A stretch of DNA of 64,000 bases from Octopus sinensis (Eukaryota), in contig NC_043001.1 of NCBI RefSeq assembly GCF_006345805.1, positions 78,430,001-78,494,000 on the forward strand. The letters are read 5' to 3'. The position numbers were made by a program, and so were the translations under genes. Below are positions 26,008 to 40,381 of the stretch, piece by piece. Position 1 is the first letter of the stretch; every line of letters begins with the position of its first letter. The notes below the pieces were generated by a model. The model saw nothing but the letters and a program-made list of their open reading frames with translations, was not told the origin of the DNA and searched no databases.

Positions 26008-26229
26008 AGAAAGAGATAAAGAGATAAAGAGAAGGGAGAACGCTTGTGTATCTATCTATCTATCTATCAATCTTATTTATCTACGTATCTATCTACTATC
26101 TATCTATCTATATATCTGTATGTCTGTCTATCTCTGTCTGTCCTTTTATGTATCTGTCTCTCTGTCTCTGAGTCAGTCTGTCCACTTATTTATCCTTCTC
26201 TCTCTGTATATATATATATATATATATAT

Positions 26230-26375
26230 AAGGTTAATCCAAACGGGAAAACCGGAAAAACAACAACACGTGGAACAATTACAGTATATTATTATTAGGC
26301 GCTCAGGAAAAATGGAAGAGGAGGGTATGACGTTTCGAGCGGAGCTCTTCGTCGGAAACATAGGAGAAGAAAAAT
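26230..26375 (-). mobile_element. Penelope-like terminal fragment with degenerate hammerhead (26325-26359)
   Basis: Minus strand GUUU-CCGACGA-A-GAGC[UCC]GCUC-GAAAC-GUC-AUAC; the core has U4 changed to C. Flanked by (TA)n. Confidence 0.6.
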
Positions 26376-26377
26376 AG

Positions 26378-26440
<63 letters not shown>

Positions 26441-27189
26441 ATATATATATACATAATATTATATATAGATATATATATATATATCATATATATATACATA
26501 TATATATTATATAAATATACATATATATATATATATATACATATACTATATTATATATATACATATATATATATATATCTTACTGCCTGTCTGTATATGT
26601 GTGTCTGTTTCCTTGAGTATCTGTCTATCTGTCAACCTCGTTGAGAAGCTCTCTGTCCGTCTGTTTATAAATCTCTCTCCTTCTCCTTCTCCTTCTCCGT
26701 CTCTCTATCTACCTGACAGAATGTGTGTGTGTGCGCTTGTGTTTCAACGTGACAAAACTGCATGGCCTACAGGTTAGTGTGTTGCACTAACAATCTCAAG
26801 ATCATTGTTTGAATTCCTGGATTATGTGATGTATTGTGTTCTTGTGTAAAATTCATCCTCTCTCGTTGCTCTGCGAACAAGCTGTCACCTTATGTGTAGC
26901 ACACCGTGTATCTGTACTGGCAATATGCATTTGTGCAGGTTCTTCCCCAAGAAATTGTAGAACCGTCATTTTCGAACTACGAGACAGCAACCTAACGCCG
27001 TTTTAGCAAAGATGAGATTTTTTCGCTTTGAATTTTCAGCGTCTTCACTAATTTCTACTCTTTGATAGCATAATGGTCTGTACAACGTATGCTACTAAAC
27101 ACACGCACACACCATACATACACACACACACTAACACACACGCATCACACAGGCACCACACACAGACATCTATATATGCGTGTCTGTCA

Positions 27190-27258
<69 letters not shown>

Positions 27259-27259
27259 C

Positions 27260-27883
27260 ACACACCAACTAATACATACTAATACGTACTATACATACTA
27301 GTACATACTAATACTTACACCAACCCTATACATACACACGTCCAGACCCCGCATACGACATTATACTCTCTCACACCACACACACCACCTATACATACCA
27401 ATACGTACTAATACATACTAATACATACTAATACATACACAACCCCCATACATACGCACGTCCAGACCAATCTTACGCACTAATACTCTCTCATACACAC
27501 ACAACACCACACACCACCTTATAACATACTAATACATACACCAACCCTATACATACACACATCCAGACCCCTCCCACGCACTTTTTAGCTGGTCCCTCAA
27601 CCTTTTATCAACCCTATTATCTCCCTTATTTCGCTCTCGCGTCTCATGTTTGATCTTTGACCTCTGGCCGAAATCAGATCGCCATGTGATTCGTTAGCTA
27701 CTGCACGCATTTTTTTTCTCTCCTTCTCTGTGTTTTTCTCTCTCTGTGTATCTTTCTGTTGAAGAGCGTAGGCTCGAAACGTTAAGACTTGTTTTATTTA
27801 TATTTCCTGAACGCCATACTAATACAATTGTTCGTTTGTTTTCCACCTGCTTGTCTTTTGTTTATTTTCATAAAGCTTCCCGT

Positions 27884-27890
<7 letters not shown>
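27260..27890 (+). mobile_element. Penelope-like non-autonomous fragment with ~110-bp tandem repeats and hammerhead (27751-27788)
   Basis: Three repeats of (C)CAACCC(T/C)ATACATAC-CAC(G/A)TCCAGACC at about 27321, 27441 and 27541, then UCUUU-CUGUUGA-A-GAGC[GUAG]GCUC-GAAAC-GUU. Homologous to 44455-44850. Confidence 0.7.
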
Positions 27891-27924
<34 letters not shown>

Positions 27925-28019
27925 TATATATATATATATACATATACATTACATATATTATATATATATATATATATATAGATATATATTATTATATATA
28001 TTACATATATATATATATA

Positions 28020-28427
28020 GGCGCAGGAGGAGTGTGTGGTAAGTAGCTTGCTAACCCAACCACATGGTTCCGGGTTCAGTCCCACTGCGTGGCATCTTGG
28101 GCAAGTGTCGTCTGCTATGGCCCCGGCCGACCAATGCCTTGTGAGTGGATTGGTAGACGGAAACTGAAAGACGCCATGTCGTATATATGTATATATATAT
28201 AAGTGTGTGTGTGTATGGGTTTGTGTTGTCTGTGTTGTCCCCCTAGCAGTGCTTGACACAACCGATGCTGGTGTGTGTTTACGTCCCCGTCACTTAGCGG
28301 TTCGGCAAAAGAGACCGATAGAATAAGTGGGCTTACAAAGAATAAGTCCGGGGTCGATTTGCTCGACTAAGGCGGGTGCTCCAGCATGGCCGCAGTCAAA
28401 TGACTGAAACAAGTAAAAGAGAAAAGA
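28020..28427 (+). mobile_element. SINE family A, full length
   Basis: GGCGCAGGAG...TGTGGTAAG...GGTTCAGTCCCACTGCG..., internal microsatellite, tail GACTGAAACAAGTAAAAGAG. Confidence 0.9.
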
Positions 28428-28486
28428 GAGAGAATATATATATATACATGCACATCTATCTATCTACATACATACATACGAACGTA

Positions 28487-28635
28487 GGTGGGGAGCTGAA
28501 AAGTTCCTAGTTTTGGTTAAAAGAAAATACAACTCACATAGTTATATACTTATCTCTCTGTCTATCACTCCGTCAATTACTATCTATCTATCTATCTTTC
28601 TATCTATCTTCTATCTATCTATATATCTATCTATA

Positions 28636-28703
<68 letters not shown>

Positions 28704-28862
28704 GTTCTGGTTTCATTCAACGTATTCTCCTCTCAGACCCACGCGCTTTTTGCAGCAGTCTTCCGGGTTTTTCGAATCGCTGTAAATGAACTCGGATTTT
28801 TTGTTTCCAACCAGGCCCTTCCCGATATTCTTAGACCCAGGAACTTTTCATCAATTCCTCGC
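28487..28862. mobile_element. Mariner-derived MITE/deletion derivative
   Basis: Degenerate TIRs share TGAAAAGTTCCT (28498-28508) and AGGAACTTTTCA (28839-28850), with TA-type flanks. Confidence 0.5.
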
Positions 28863-28943
28863 ATATATGTACATATGTATATATATGGAGAAAGTGTGTG
28901 TGAGAAATTAACAGAGAAACATACACACACGCACGCACACACA

Positions 28944-28979
<36 letters not shown>

Positions 28980-29527
28980 TATTGACGGAGAGACACAGAC
29001 AGATAGATAGCCAGGTACAGAGAAAAATTGATAGACGAATAAATAGGTAGACAAACTAGCTTCAGAATGAAAATATATTTCTATATATTTGCAAAGTATG
29101 TAAATCCAGTTTACTGGGAGATGTAGGTTCGATATACGGACATAGTAGATATAGCTTTACGTTACTGGAAGTTGAAAGAAATAATTTACATTATTGGAAT
29201 TTGAAAGAGGAAAATATATAAATAAATGAATAAATATTTAGATGTGAAAGAGTTAGGTATATAAAAGAATGGAAGAAATGTGGGCAGCCGAAGATGAAAG
29301 GTGAGATAAAGGGGCAGAGAACTCTAAAAAAATCCATTAAATAAATATACATACACATGTACATACACACACACACACACACACACACAACACACATATA
29401 TATATATATATGCTTGTATATGTGTATAAATACATATATACACGTGCAAAAATGTGTATGTCTATATGTATATTTGTGTATATATGTATATATTACATAT
29501 ATATATATTATATACATAATATATAAT

Positions 29528-29614
<87 letters not shown>

Positions 29615-30233
29615 TATATGTATATGTAGTGTGTGTAGAGAGAGAAGGAAAGAGAAGGTATAGTGGTGTGCTTTAATTCATTTGAAGTTCAGAGGTGAGT
29701 ACACATTTATTCAATGTTCGTGTTTCCTCGGTTCGCTTGTTTCTGAAATTCGTATTGTACATGGCGCTCTGTTTAGCTTGATGCGTCACCAAAAACCAGG
29801 GTCGGTGTGCATTAGAACACAAACACGCTTCCCTCTAACACACTCACACACGCACACAAATATTCAGACTCAGATATACACATATAAAGGCAAACTCACG
29901 TATACAGGCTTCCACGTACATGATGTATTGTGACCATAATACACGTATATGTGTGTTTGTCTATAATTGCTTGCTGATGAAATGAGTGTGAACTGTTATA
30001 CGGCGCGCGTGTGAAAATATGTGTTGGCTTATAAGCATATCTTCTTTTACTTGTGTGTCGGTATGGATGGATCTGGGTACGCGTGTAGGGGGTTCGAGTA
30101 ACGGAATGCTATTAATTTATTCAATTTGAGTGCTTGGATTTTTGCTTTATTTTCCAACGTAATTTTCCTTTCTGATGCATACACACACACGTAGACAAAA
30201 CACGCACAACATACATCCATTATATATAATATA

Positions 30234-30303
<70 letters not shown>

Positions 30304-30419
30304 CACATATATATATATATATATATATTATATACATATATATGTATATACATACACACACATGCATAAATACATAATTGTGCGTGTACGTGAGTGTATT
30401 TTTATATATATGGCATAGG

Positions 30420-30468
<49 letters not shown>

Positions 30469-30481
30469 CACACACACACAG

Positions 30482-30527
<46 letters not shown>

Positions 30528-30710
30528 TATATATATATACATGCGCACACCCATGCGTGCACAGAGACAGATGGTGGGCTTGAATCACCTTTAAGGGTTT
30601 ACATTGTTCACAGCTTCTTTCACATCTTCCTATATGAGGTATTACATTTTTCTTTGCTTGTATTTTTATAGAATTAATGAATGCAGTTTGTTGTGTCTTG
30701 CATATGTGTG

Positions 30711-30749
<39 letters not shown>

Positions 30750-31070
30750 TTGTGAATGCAGGAAGTTTTCTTTTTTAGGTTAAATGAGATCAATGGAATG
30801 TTTGTTGTCATTTGACTCATAACAGAAGCCGACAACCTCTACGCTGCACCCCACTCCCCTCTCTACTCGCCTCTCACGCTGCCCCTCTCTGCACCTCCCA
30901 CCCCATCCAAGTCCTCCGTTATATCTTCTGAATCCAGCACTATCACAAAGCACATTAAAAATAGCAACGATAACAATAATAAAATGTATAATGAATTCTA
31001 TCACAATAAATATAATTTTTAATACAAAATAAAATTAATAACAATAATAGCAACAATAATAATAATAATG

Positions 31071-31136
<66 letters not shown>

Positions 31137-31510
31137 GAAATAATAATAACAATGTGAATGAATATGATAAAAGTAATAATAACTATCATAATAATTGTTA
31201 TTTTAATTGTTTATATTCTTTATTGCCTCAAGGGCGAAAATATAATGATATCGCATGCCAAGATGTTGTGGGAGTGTATCAAGTGTGAAAAAAACCCCCA
31301 TCAAAACGCTGAAATGAGATAAAATGGAAGTGAAAAAATTACACACACATATGTGTGTGTGTGTGTATACTGTGTGTGTATTTGGTAGACAGAAACTGAA
31401 AGTCGATCGTCATATATATATATATATGTGTGTGTGTGTGTATTTCTGTTTGTGTGTATGCATATATGTATGTATATATATGTATATCTAGATATCTCTC
31501 TATCTATGTA

Positions 31511-31543
<33 letters not shown>

Positions 31544-31558
31544 GTGTGTGTTTGTGTG

Positions 31559-31596
<38 letters not shown>

Positions 31597-31602
31597 TATA
31601 CG

Positions 31603-31645
<43 letters not shown>

Positions 31646-31823
31646 GCATGTATATATATGTATATATATATAAATATATATATATATACATTATATATAT
31701 ACGTATATATATATATATAATATATTATATATATATATATATATATAAACACACGAACGTAACCACTCACAAACACATATACTCAAACAAACACATATGT
31801 TAATTATACATACATACATACAC

Positions 31824-31860
<37 letters not shown>

Positions 31861-31870
31861 CATATATATA

Positions 31871-31909
<39 letters not shown>

Positions 31910-31931
31910 TATATAGATATATATTATATAT

Positions 31932-31976
<45 letters not shown>

Positions 31977-31978
<2 letters not shown>

Positions 31979-32592
31979 ACTCTTCTCCTCGTTTGTACGG
32001 CCACACCTCGAATACTACTGCCCACTGTGGTCTCCCCATAGAAGACAAAACATCTCGAGGATTGAATCACCCCAGAGAGCACTCACTAAACGAATTGAAG
32101 GCATGGCTGCTCTCGATTATTGGGATCGCCTTAAAGCCTTGAAACTCTACTCTCTCTAGCGTCGCCGTGAGCGGTACATCATTTGTACGATGTGGAGAAT
32201 ATACCGCCAACTTTGTCCAAACGACTAGGTTCATCCAAGACTGAGACCACGGGCCATACGTCCCCTGCCCAATTCAAGATCAGAGCATACATATACACTA
32301 CAACATAATTTCTTTTCCTCCACAGGCCCTGCCGTATTTAACATTGTCCCGAAATTGATCAAAGAGGGACAGGATCCCATCAACTTTAAACGGAGTCTGG
32401 ATAGATTCCTTCAAAGAATAACAGATAAGCCACCCATAATTGGATACAACTCACCCAACAAAAACTCACTACTTGAATGGACCATAAGCAAAACTTGACT
32501 TAAACAAGATTCAAATAATCCTATCAGGTGGTGCTTTTAAGTTAGACATGGCCTGGACCAATCATTGGTCGAAATACATCTAAGTTTATCTA

Positions 32593-32600
<8 letters not shown>
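31977..32600 (+). mobile_element. CR1-type LINE 3' end
   Basis: PLFSSFVRPHLEYYCPLWSP...RIESPQRALTKRI...YWDRLKALKLYSL*RRRERY...FKRSLDRFL, then a short 3' tandem ATCTAAGTTT x2. Confidence 0.88.
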
Positions 32601-32682
<82 letters not shown>

Positions 32683-32711
32683 ATATACATTTATATATAT
32701 TGGCTTGTATA

Positions 32712-34575
32712 TATGTGGGATGTGCGGTAAAAGATTGTTTCTCCAGTCACATGGCCCCAATTTCGGTCACTGAGATATGTAGCACACTGCCAAAATACCA
32801 ATCTTAAGAAATTAAGATTCTCAAAACCAGATTGCAGAAAGCTGATTCGAAAACTACTAATCCAATCCATCAATGGCACTGTAAAAATCAGTAAAACTTC
32901 CAAGTATTTTATCATTTAAGTATATATGAGCATGTCTAGCTATGGAGCTATTTGCATGAAAAGACTTACACAAAACAAAGCATTCAAATCTGCAGGTATA
33001 CATGTATGCATCTACATACGTACATACATATGTACATACATACAAACATACATACATACATACGTACGAGGGGCGTTCAATAAGTAATGCCCCTGACCCA
33101 CTTCCCATATCAGCAGAGCAACGGAACTTGGCACAGTTATTGGTCTTTTTCTACATATTGGTCTTTTTCTCAGAGTTACGCATTTCTCCCATTTGATCCA
33201 GCTCTGGAGACCGTTTTTGTAAAAGACCCCAGCTTGGTCCTCCATCCACGACGTGACTTTAGAAATCAAGGCTGCATCATCTGGGAAATGCTTTCCTTTC
33301 AAAAACAACTTCATGGCTGGGAAGAGGTGAAAATCAGAGGGTGTAAGGTCAGGAGAGTAGGGGGGGAGTTCATAGCCGCACGCCTGTGCTTCTGATCTGG
33401 CGACACGCGAGTTGTGGACCGGAGTGTTGTCCTGCAGGAGGAGGATGCCTTCGCTGATCTTGCTCCGCCTCTTGATTTTGATAGCTTCTCTTAATTTCCT
33501 CAAAAGTGAAGCATAATAGGCTCCTGTAATTGTGGTACCCTTTGCCAGGAAATCTGTCATCACTACTCCGTCCTGGTCCCAGAAGACTGTGAGCATGACC
33601 TTGCTAGCAGAGGGCTGCACCCTTGCCTCCTTTGGAGGAGGTGAGTCACGGTGCTTCCACTGCATTGACTGGGCTTTGGTCTCTGGATCATAGTGATGGA
33701 CCCAGGTTTCATCCTGTGTAATAAGTCTTTTGAAAAAGTTTGACTCATCTTGGTACGTCTCTAAATTCATCCTCGAGCACTCGACGCGTTCTTGCTTCTG
33801 GAAAGGTGTGAGCAACCTGGGAATCCATCTGGCAGACACCTTTTGCATATGCAAATGGTCATGAATGATAGTTTCCACTGACCCGGTACTAATCTTGACC
33901 TCATGGGCTATTTGGTGAATAGTTATGCGTCGATCTTCCAAAATGGCAGCCTCAACTTGACGGACAGATACCTCATCAATGGCAGAAGGGGGTCGACCAG
34001 ATCTGGGAGCTGTTTCCACAGAGTTCCGACCATGTTTGAATTCATGATGCCAGCGTTTTACAAGGTCATATGATGGGGCATCATCACCATAAGTTACTTT
34101 CATTTCATCAAAGTCTCCCATGGTGTGCGTCCTTTCAAATACAAAACCGGATCACTGCTCGACACTCAACAGGCTCCATTTCACACTTGACTCAGTTCAA
34201 ACACCTGTAATCAGAAACCATAATTAGTTCAGAGCTGTAATTTGCCACCTATCTATAGAGATATAAGTAATTGCACATGCAAAATTTCAACTAGATCAAA
34301 CACCTGGACGTGGGTCAGAGGCATTACTTATTGAACGTCCCTCGTACATACATACATACATACATACATACATACATACATACATACATAAATACATACA
34401 TACATACATACATACATACATACATACATACATACATACATACATACATACATACATACATACATAAAAAATTACCCTGTTGTTGATGTTGAAATTCCAA
34501 TGAAAATCCCTGGATCTAGGTTAGAACCCGGGTCTTTTCCCATCGGCAAGCAGTTTTTCAAATAAAACTGAATAG
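32712..34575 (+). mobile_element. SINE-A-like head fused to REL-LINE 3' end, split by mariner copy 2
   Basis: 32712-32770 resembles the family A head. 32770-33000 and 34447-34575 are homologous to the reverse complement of 58043-58400. Confidence 0.7.
33067..34344 (-). mobile_element. Full-length mariner copy 2, least disrupted transposase
   Basis: TIRs with TA flanks at 33065-66 and 34345-46, inside (CATA)n. ORF 33012-34121 has the HTH region, WIPRLL, ITQDETW, LQDN and PYSPDLTPSD. There is a 1-nt loss near the start, a 3-codon deletion (D31D) and an altered C-terminus. Confidence 0.97.
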
Positions 34576-34587
34576 ATATATTATTAA

Positions 34588-34620
34588 GGGAATTGATCAC
34601 CAGGTACTTGATGATATCGA

Positions 34621-34705
<85 letters not shown>

Positions 34706-35719
34706 GGAAGAGAGAGAGAGAGAGAGAAAGAGAGAGATTTGTGTGAGTGTATCTTTTAAATTTCTTTACGGGAAACCTGTTGAATATGCACTTAAAACTC
34801 CTACGGACGACACATAATAATCAAAACAATAATATTTGGATGGAATTTAAGAACATTTAATACATCGCTACGCCCGTTTCCACAAATCACATGTCTCTCA
34901 AGAGGATAGCTCGTATTCCTGGCATGATCACAGTATAATCCCTAGAAGTTTTACGAGCATATTCAAGCAATTATAACATGTATACAGTGTGCGGTGAATA
35001 ATTTGCCGTCTAAACTACCCTGAACGAAAAATAACACTGACATCTCATTTTAACAGATATGTTTACCAATATTACAAAAAAATATCTTGAAATACTAAAG
35101 TATAAATATATTCAATAAAATCGCCATTTGCTTCAAACACGGCCTCCAGAGTACGATTGTTAAATTGTCGCAATTTTATATTTTAATTTTCGTACATGCG
35201 CATTGTCTCCTTTTGATTTTATTTACTACACATTATAGTAGGGTCAGTTGGGCACCGTCTGTGAGGGAAAAAAACAGCACCATGACGCAATTCACTCTGC
35301 CAAAAGTTTAGAAACGACATCACATCTAACTCTCCAGACTGCAACCCCCTTGATTATTGTGTGAGGTGCATTTGAGCGAGAGGCAAACAAAACACCTTGT
35401 AACACCAAAGATAAACTGAGGGCTAGAATTATCAGAGCACAGACAAAGAGACCGTCCAGAAGAGTTGCAGGAGATTCTGAAGTCACTGGAACCAATGGTG
35501 ATTTTTATGGAATAAATTTACCCATTAGTATTTCAAGATATTTTAATGTAATTTGTGTAAATATATCTGTTAAAATGAGATATCAGTGTTATTTTCATTT
35601 TAGTGTAATTTAGACGACACTTTACTTACAGCACCCTACATATATACGAACACTATATATTCTTATGAACCATACTAGCTAAATAATCAATATCATCAAG
35701 TGTCGGGTGATCAATTCCC
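34588..35719. mobile_element. TTAA-flanked MITE with GG...CC termini (Kolobok/T2-type), carrying nested insertions
   Basis: TTAA 34584-87 | GGGAATTGATCACC...GGTGATCAATTCCC | TTAA 35720-23. About 40-bp TIRs with 5 mismatches. Confidence 0.65.
34985..35638. mobile_element. Tc1/mariner-derived non-autonomous element with ~150-bp TIRs
   Basis: CAGTGTGCGGTGAATAATTTGCCGTCTAAA... vs ...TTTAGACGACACTTTACTTACAGCACCCTA. The internal 35290-35480 resembles a transposase remnant. Confidence 0.7.
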
Positions 35720-36541
35720 TTAATATCCGAAAAACAGTTTGTAAAGTCTTTGGTGGGTTTTATCCGCACCTTATAAAAATAATTATTTAATACAATTATA
35801 AATTAATATGAAATTTTACCTACAGGATTTTTATTTCACGCTAGCCACTTGATAAAATCATTAACGCGATTTTATACTTAATTTTATAAAATATATATTT
35901 TTGCTCTTGATGAAATTGCATTCGCTGCGAGATTATTTTAATAACAAATGAACGTGGCTGAAATGAAAAAAAAAAAAAAGACTTTTACTAGTGTATACAT
36001 GTAAATTTATGTATATGGCTGTTCAGATATGTTGTTTTTATGGGTATATATAGATATTTTCATCGATGTACTTTTGCATATCGTACTAATGACTGCATGG
36101 GTTTTTTATAACGCTAAGCTGGAAATCGATTTACAATAAACTATTATTTTCGAGTAATCTTACTCATTTTTTCAACTGCCCGCTTACAATTCGTATCAAT
36201 GGAGTATAGATGTGATTCTTAGATCCATTTGGCGTCTATTTCTTCTGTGTTGGCGGGGGGAGTCATCCGCACCCTTTAATATAATTATTTTATGTAATTA
36301 TAAATTGGTATATAATATTACCTAAAAGCCACTTCAAAAATCATTAAAACGCTTTTATCCTTAATCTTATAATACATATATGTATACATACATACATACA
36401 TACAACAACCATCCATCCATACATACATACATATATACATATATACATATATATATATTTATGTATATATGTCTATATATATGTAAATATACATATGTAT
36501 ATATATATATTTATGTATGTGTATATATATATATATATGTA

Positions 36542-36579
<38 letters not shown>

Positions 36580-36712
36580 TATATATGTATATATGTATAT
36601 ATTGCATATATATGTATATATGTATATATATATATGCATATATAGGTATATATGTATATATAAATATGTATATATATATGTATATATATATATATATGTG
36701 TGTATACGCATG

Positions 36713-36743
<31 letters not shown>

Positions 36744-37186
36744 GCGTGTGCTCGTGAATGCATGTGTGTGCCAGGTGTGTGTGTGTTTTTGTGTGTGTAT
36801 GCATGTATATCTGTGTTTTGTCCGTTCGTACCTCACCATGACATAACCGGTTCTGGTGCGTTTACGGCCCCGTAACTTAACAGATCGAATAAAGCATACA
36901 TTACAATAACTATCAGACTTTTTTAAAGTAAGAACTGACGTCACTTTGTTCGCTTAAATACTTGCAGACTGTTCCCTGCCATGGACGCCATTTATTGATT
37001 GAAACAAATGAAAAAAAAAAATGTAAATTCAACGATGTAATTGAAACAAAGACTGCATACATAAACAAGAATCTTAAACATTGAATCCAATATCTGAATA
37101 TTTTTTTCATCATTTTTTTTTTTTGTTTACTCATTGGACTGTGGCTATGCTGGGGGTACCACATTTTATCATGGTGATCATTCTAT

Positions 37187-37358
37187 CAGTCACTTTTTGC
37201 TGAAACGCTAAGTGACTGTGAGATATACACACCAACACCGGTTGTCAAGCGGAAGTGGTGGGCAAACAGAGACACACAAACACGCACGCACAAACACATA
37301 TTTGTACTCACACAGACACACACACGCGCGCACACACGCACACACACACACACACACA

Positions 37359-37389
<31 letters not shown>

Positions 37390-37650
37390 CACATTGAGAG
37401 AGAGAGAGTGAGATAGATAGATACATAGATAGATAGAAATGCATATATATAAATATATATATACACATATATATACGCATACACACACACACAATCACGC
37501 ACACACACGCACATACACAGACACACACACACACATATATGAAGGTCGACTTTCAGTTTCTGTCTACCAAATACACTCACAAGGATTTGGTTAGCCCATG
37601 GCTACAGTAGAAGCCCCTTCCCCAAGTTGCCATGCAATGGGAGGGAGCTC
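37187..37650 (-). mobile_element. SINE family A with expanded internal microsatellite
   Basis: 3' module at 37187-37275 and 5' module TTTCAGTTTCTGTCTACCAAATACACTCACAAGG...CCCAAGTTGCCATGCA at 37550-37640. Confidence 0.65.
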
Positions 37651-38744
37651 GGGAATCATCTGTTTGGGAAGCAAGCTTCTTCCTACATTGTCATGCCTGC
37701 GCCTGTATTCATTATATAGAGATTTTAAATAAATATTTCAGTTTAAAGAAAGGCAACCACTCTACATATACACGTCTGTCCTCACACAACCATCAGTCAA
37801 CAACACGAATATACGTTTTAGTGAAAATAATCATGAGCTTCAAAATAATAAGAGCTTCAAAAAACTTGAATTATACATTGCTCAACATCAAAGGTAAAGA
37901 ATCTGCATAAGACGACACTTTCTCGATGGCTTAGACCATAAGACATGAGGAAATCAGAGAAGCGTTCGAACATAAAACGAAAAAATCCTTCAAGAGAGTT
38001 TTGGCGGTATGTTATTTGGTTTTTGATGATATTTTTCGTATATCTAGTCATTTTTAATTCAAGATATATATGCGTGTATGTGTATGTATATTCTTTACAC
38101 AAACACACGCATACACACATATATGTATATACATATATATACATTCATATATATATATTTATATATATATACGTATATGTATGTATGTATATATATATAT
38201 ACGTATACATATATGTATATATATATAACATATATATAATGTATATATTCGTATATATGTATATATATTCATATATATATATGTATATATACGTATATAT
38301 ACATATATACATACGTGTATATATATATATATATATATACATGATGACAGCCGCATCGGTGAAACGTGTAAAAGAATAAAGGAAGAGATACATACATGAA
38401 ATAAAATGTGTGTATGTTTATACGAAGCAAGTTATAGGCCAATGTTGCAATAAAGCTTTGAATTATATATAGTATCTACTCATACCTTTTTGTGGAATTT
38501 GTCAACATAGGCTATATGATATTTTCTTATAATTTCCTCAAAGAAACCCAAAGAAACCCTTTTCCTTATTTTAATACCTGGAATTGAATTATAACCTGGA
38601 AAGTACACTTAGCAAATTGAATTGCTTAATTTTTTTCTTTTCCACATAACTGAGTTTTTTTTCCTTTTTCTGAAGGAAAATTCCATTTGCCAATAAACTT
38701 CCTGAATGCAACCAAATAAATGCTGGATTATTATAAACAAGTAT

Positions 38745-38900
38745 TACTTATCAAATGACGAGTATCGTTGGAAGAATGCTTTTACCACCTTTGGTCGTAT
38801 ACGAAATACGTTACACAAGAAGAATATTATTCAAGAAATACGCTATATATACAATATTTACAACGTAACCATTATCAAATTTCTTCGTGTTTACTTGGAA
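38745..38900 (+). mobile_element. Possible RTE-type LINE RT C-terminal remnant
   Basis: RWKNAFTTFGRIRNTLHKKNI...IYN resembles the RIxKAxxAFGRLxxxW...KxxIY region of RTE elements. Confidence 0.35.
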
Positions 38901-40334
38901 TGATGAAATAAAAACGTATCTTCTACAGAAAAAATGTAATTTTCTGTCATTTACCACATCTTCCTAATCTCTTCCTCCTTTTCTTTTCCCTCTGCTTCTG
39001 TGATTCCTTCTTCTCACCTCTGCATTTGTGTGTTTTTTTTACCTTTGATATTGGCTACCAAGCTTAGTATGTGAATTCGTTTTGCAATCTCATGTTGATG
39101 CCTTCTGTATATCTCTTTTACAGTCGGCCACACTCTCTTTACATACATATGCAATGCAAATGGTGACTGGAGATATCAAGCATCCAACCAAGAAGTCAAC
39201 ATTTATATTATCAATTTGTAAATAAATATTCCAGCATTCCGTATGAACGACGGTGGGATAGCATTTTGAAGAGTAGTACATTCTCTCATGAAAATCTCCA
39301 AAACTCCCGATTGAAACTCTGAGTGCTATTTCTTCAGTCTAGAGAACCCTTGAAAATCGTAAAACACCAGCCACTTATGCGGAAAAATATCAAGAACAAA
39401 ATGTCAGCTGCGAACAATGAAGAGATAAAATGTTAAACGATGAGAACAATTTCTTTTATTTTGAAAGTTCAAAGAATTATGCCCTTCTCGACGATCAAAG
39501 CTTCGAAGAGATGCCCCGCCAAATTTTTTAAATAACTTACATTCCACAAAGCTCTACAAGGAAAATACCCTGCATACGAACAGACGATTAATATGAGGGT
39601 GTATACCCATGAATAAACCTTCACTATAATATCAAATATTGACACAAAGTGTCTTTTAGAAGCATGTCGGTTGCAAAACATCACATATTTAAGGCTATGC
39701 GTTTAGAAATGAACTGTTCTTTTAAAACCTGTTAGAAAGATAATATTTACGGAGAGCCACATCACAACATACGCCTTCTCTACCGAGATTAAAAATTTGC
39801 ATAATCATCGATGCACTTCCTGATGCCATTGTGTGTTTAAGTAGCAATCTCGAATAGTTGGTGTTTTCAGTTAAACAAAATAATCAGCTAACACGCACTT
39901 TGCATATTTAATCAGGAAGGTAAACATTGAAACGTATGCAAGAATTTTCTAAAATTCAACATGTATTTCTTTATTGATGTTGTTATCGAAATAACAGCAA
40001 CGGAGCTTTGTTTCTCTGTTAAATACAAAAACCAACGGATAAGAATTATTCAAGTAATTTCAAACACAAAGGTTACGTGCCTGCATATATGCATATAGGC
40101 ATGCATACAAGCATACAACTGCACGCACACGCACACACATACATATATATATATACAAAGAAAAGCATTTATGCAGGTGCATATATACACATATGCATAC
40201 ACACACGCTTACATACACACGCATACATATATATACATGCAAATACACGTACATACACGTAAATAATTTCAATGCTTTTCTATTTAATAAAAATAAATAT
40301 ATTCACGCAATGGCATATGTGCATATGTTGAACA

Positions 40335-40381
<47 letters not shown>

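Noticed and set aside
27260-27580. Repeat-spacer-like pattern
   Set aside because: The intervening sequences are themselves homologous, so this is an ordinary tandem repeat in a eukaryotic retroelement, not a CRISPR array.
39337-39684. Candidate exons: plus-strand 65-codon frame after TTCTTCAG, and minus-strand frame ending at GTAAGT near 39540
   Set aside because: They are on opposite strands with no recognisable homology and no matching partner splice sites; compatible with chance.
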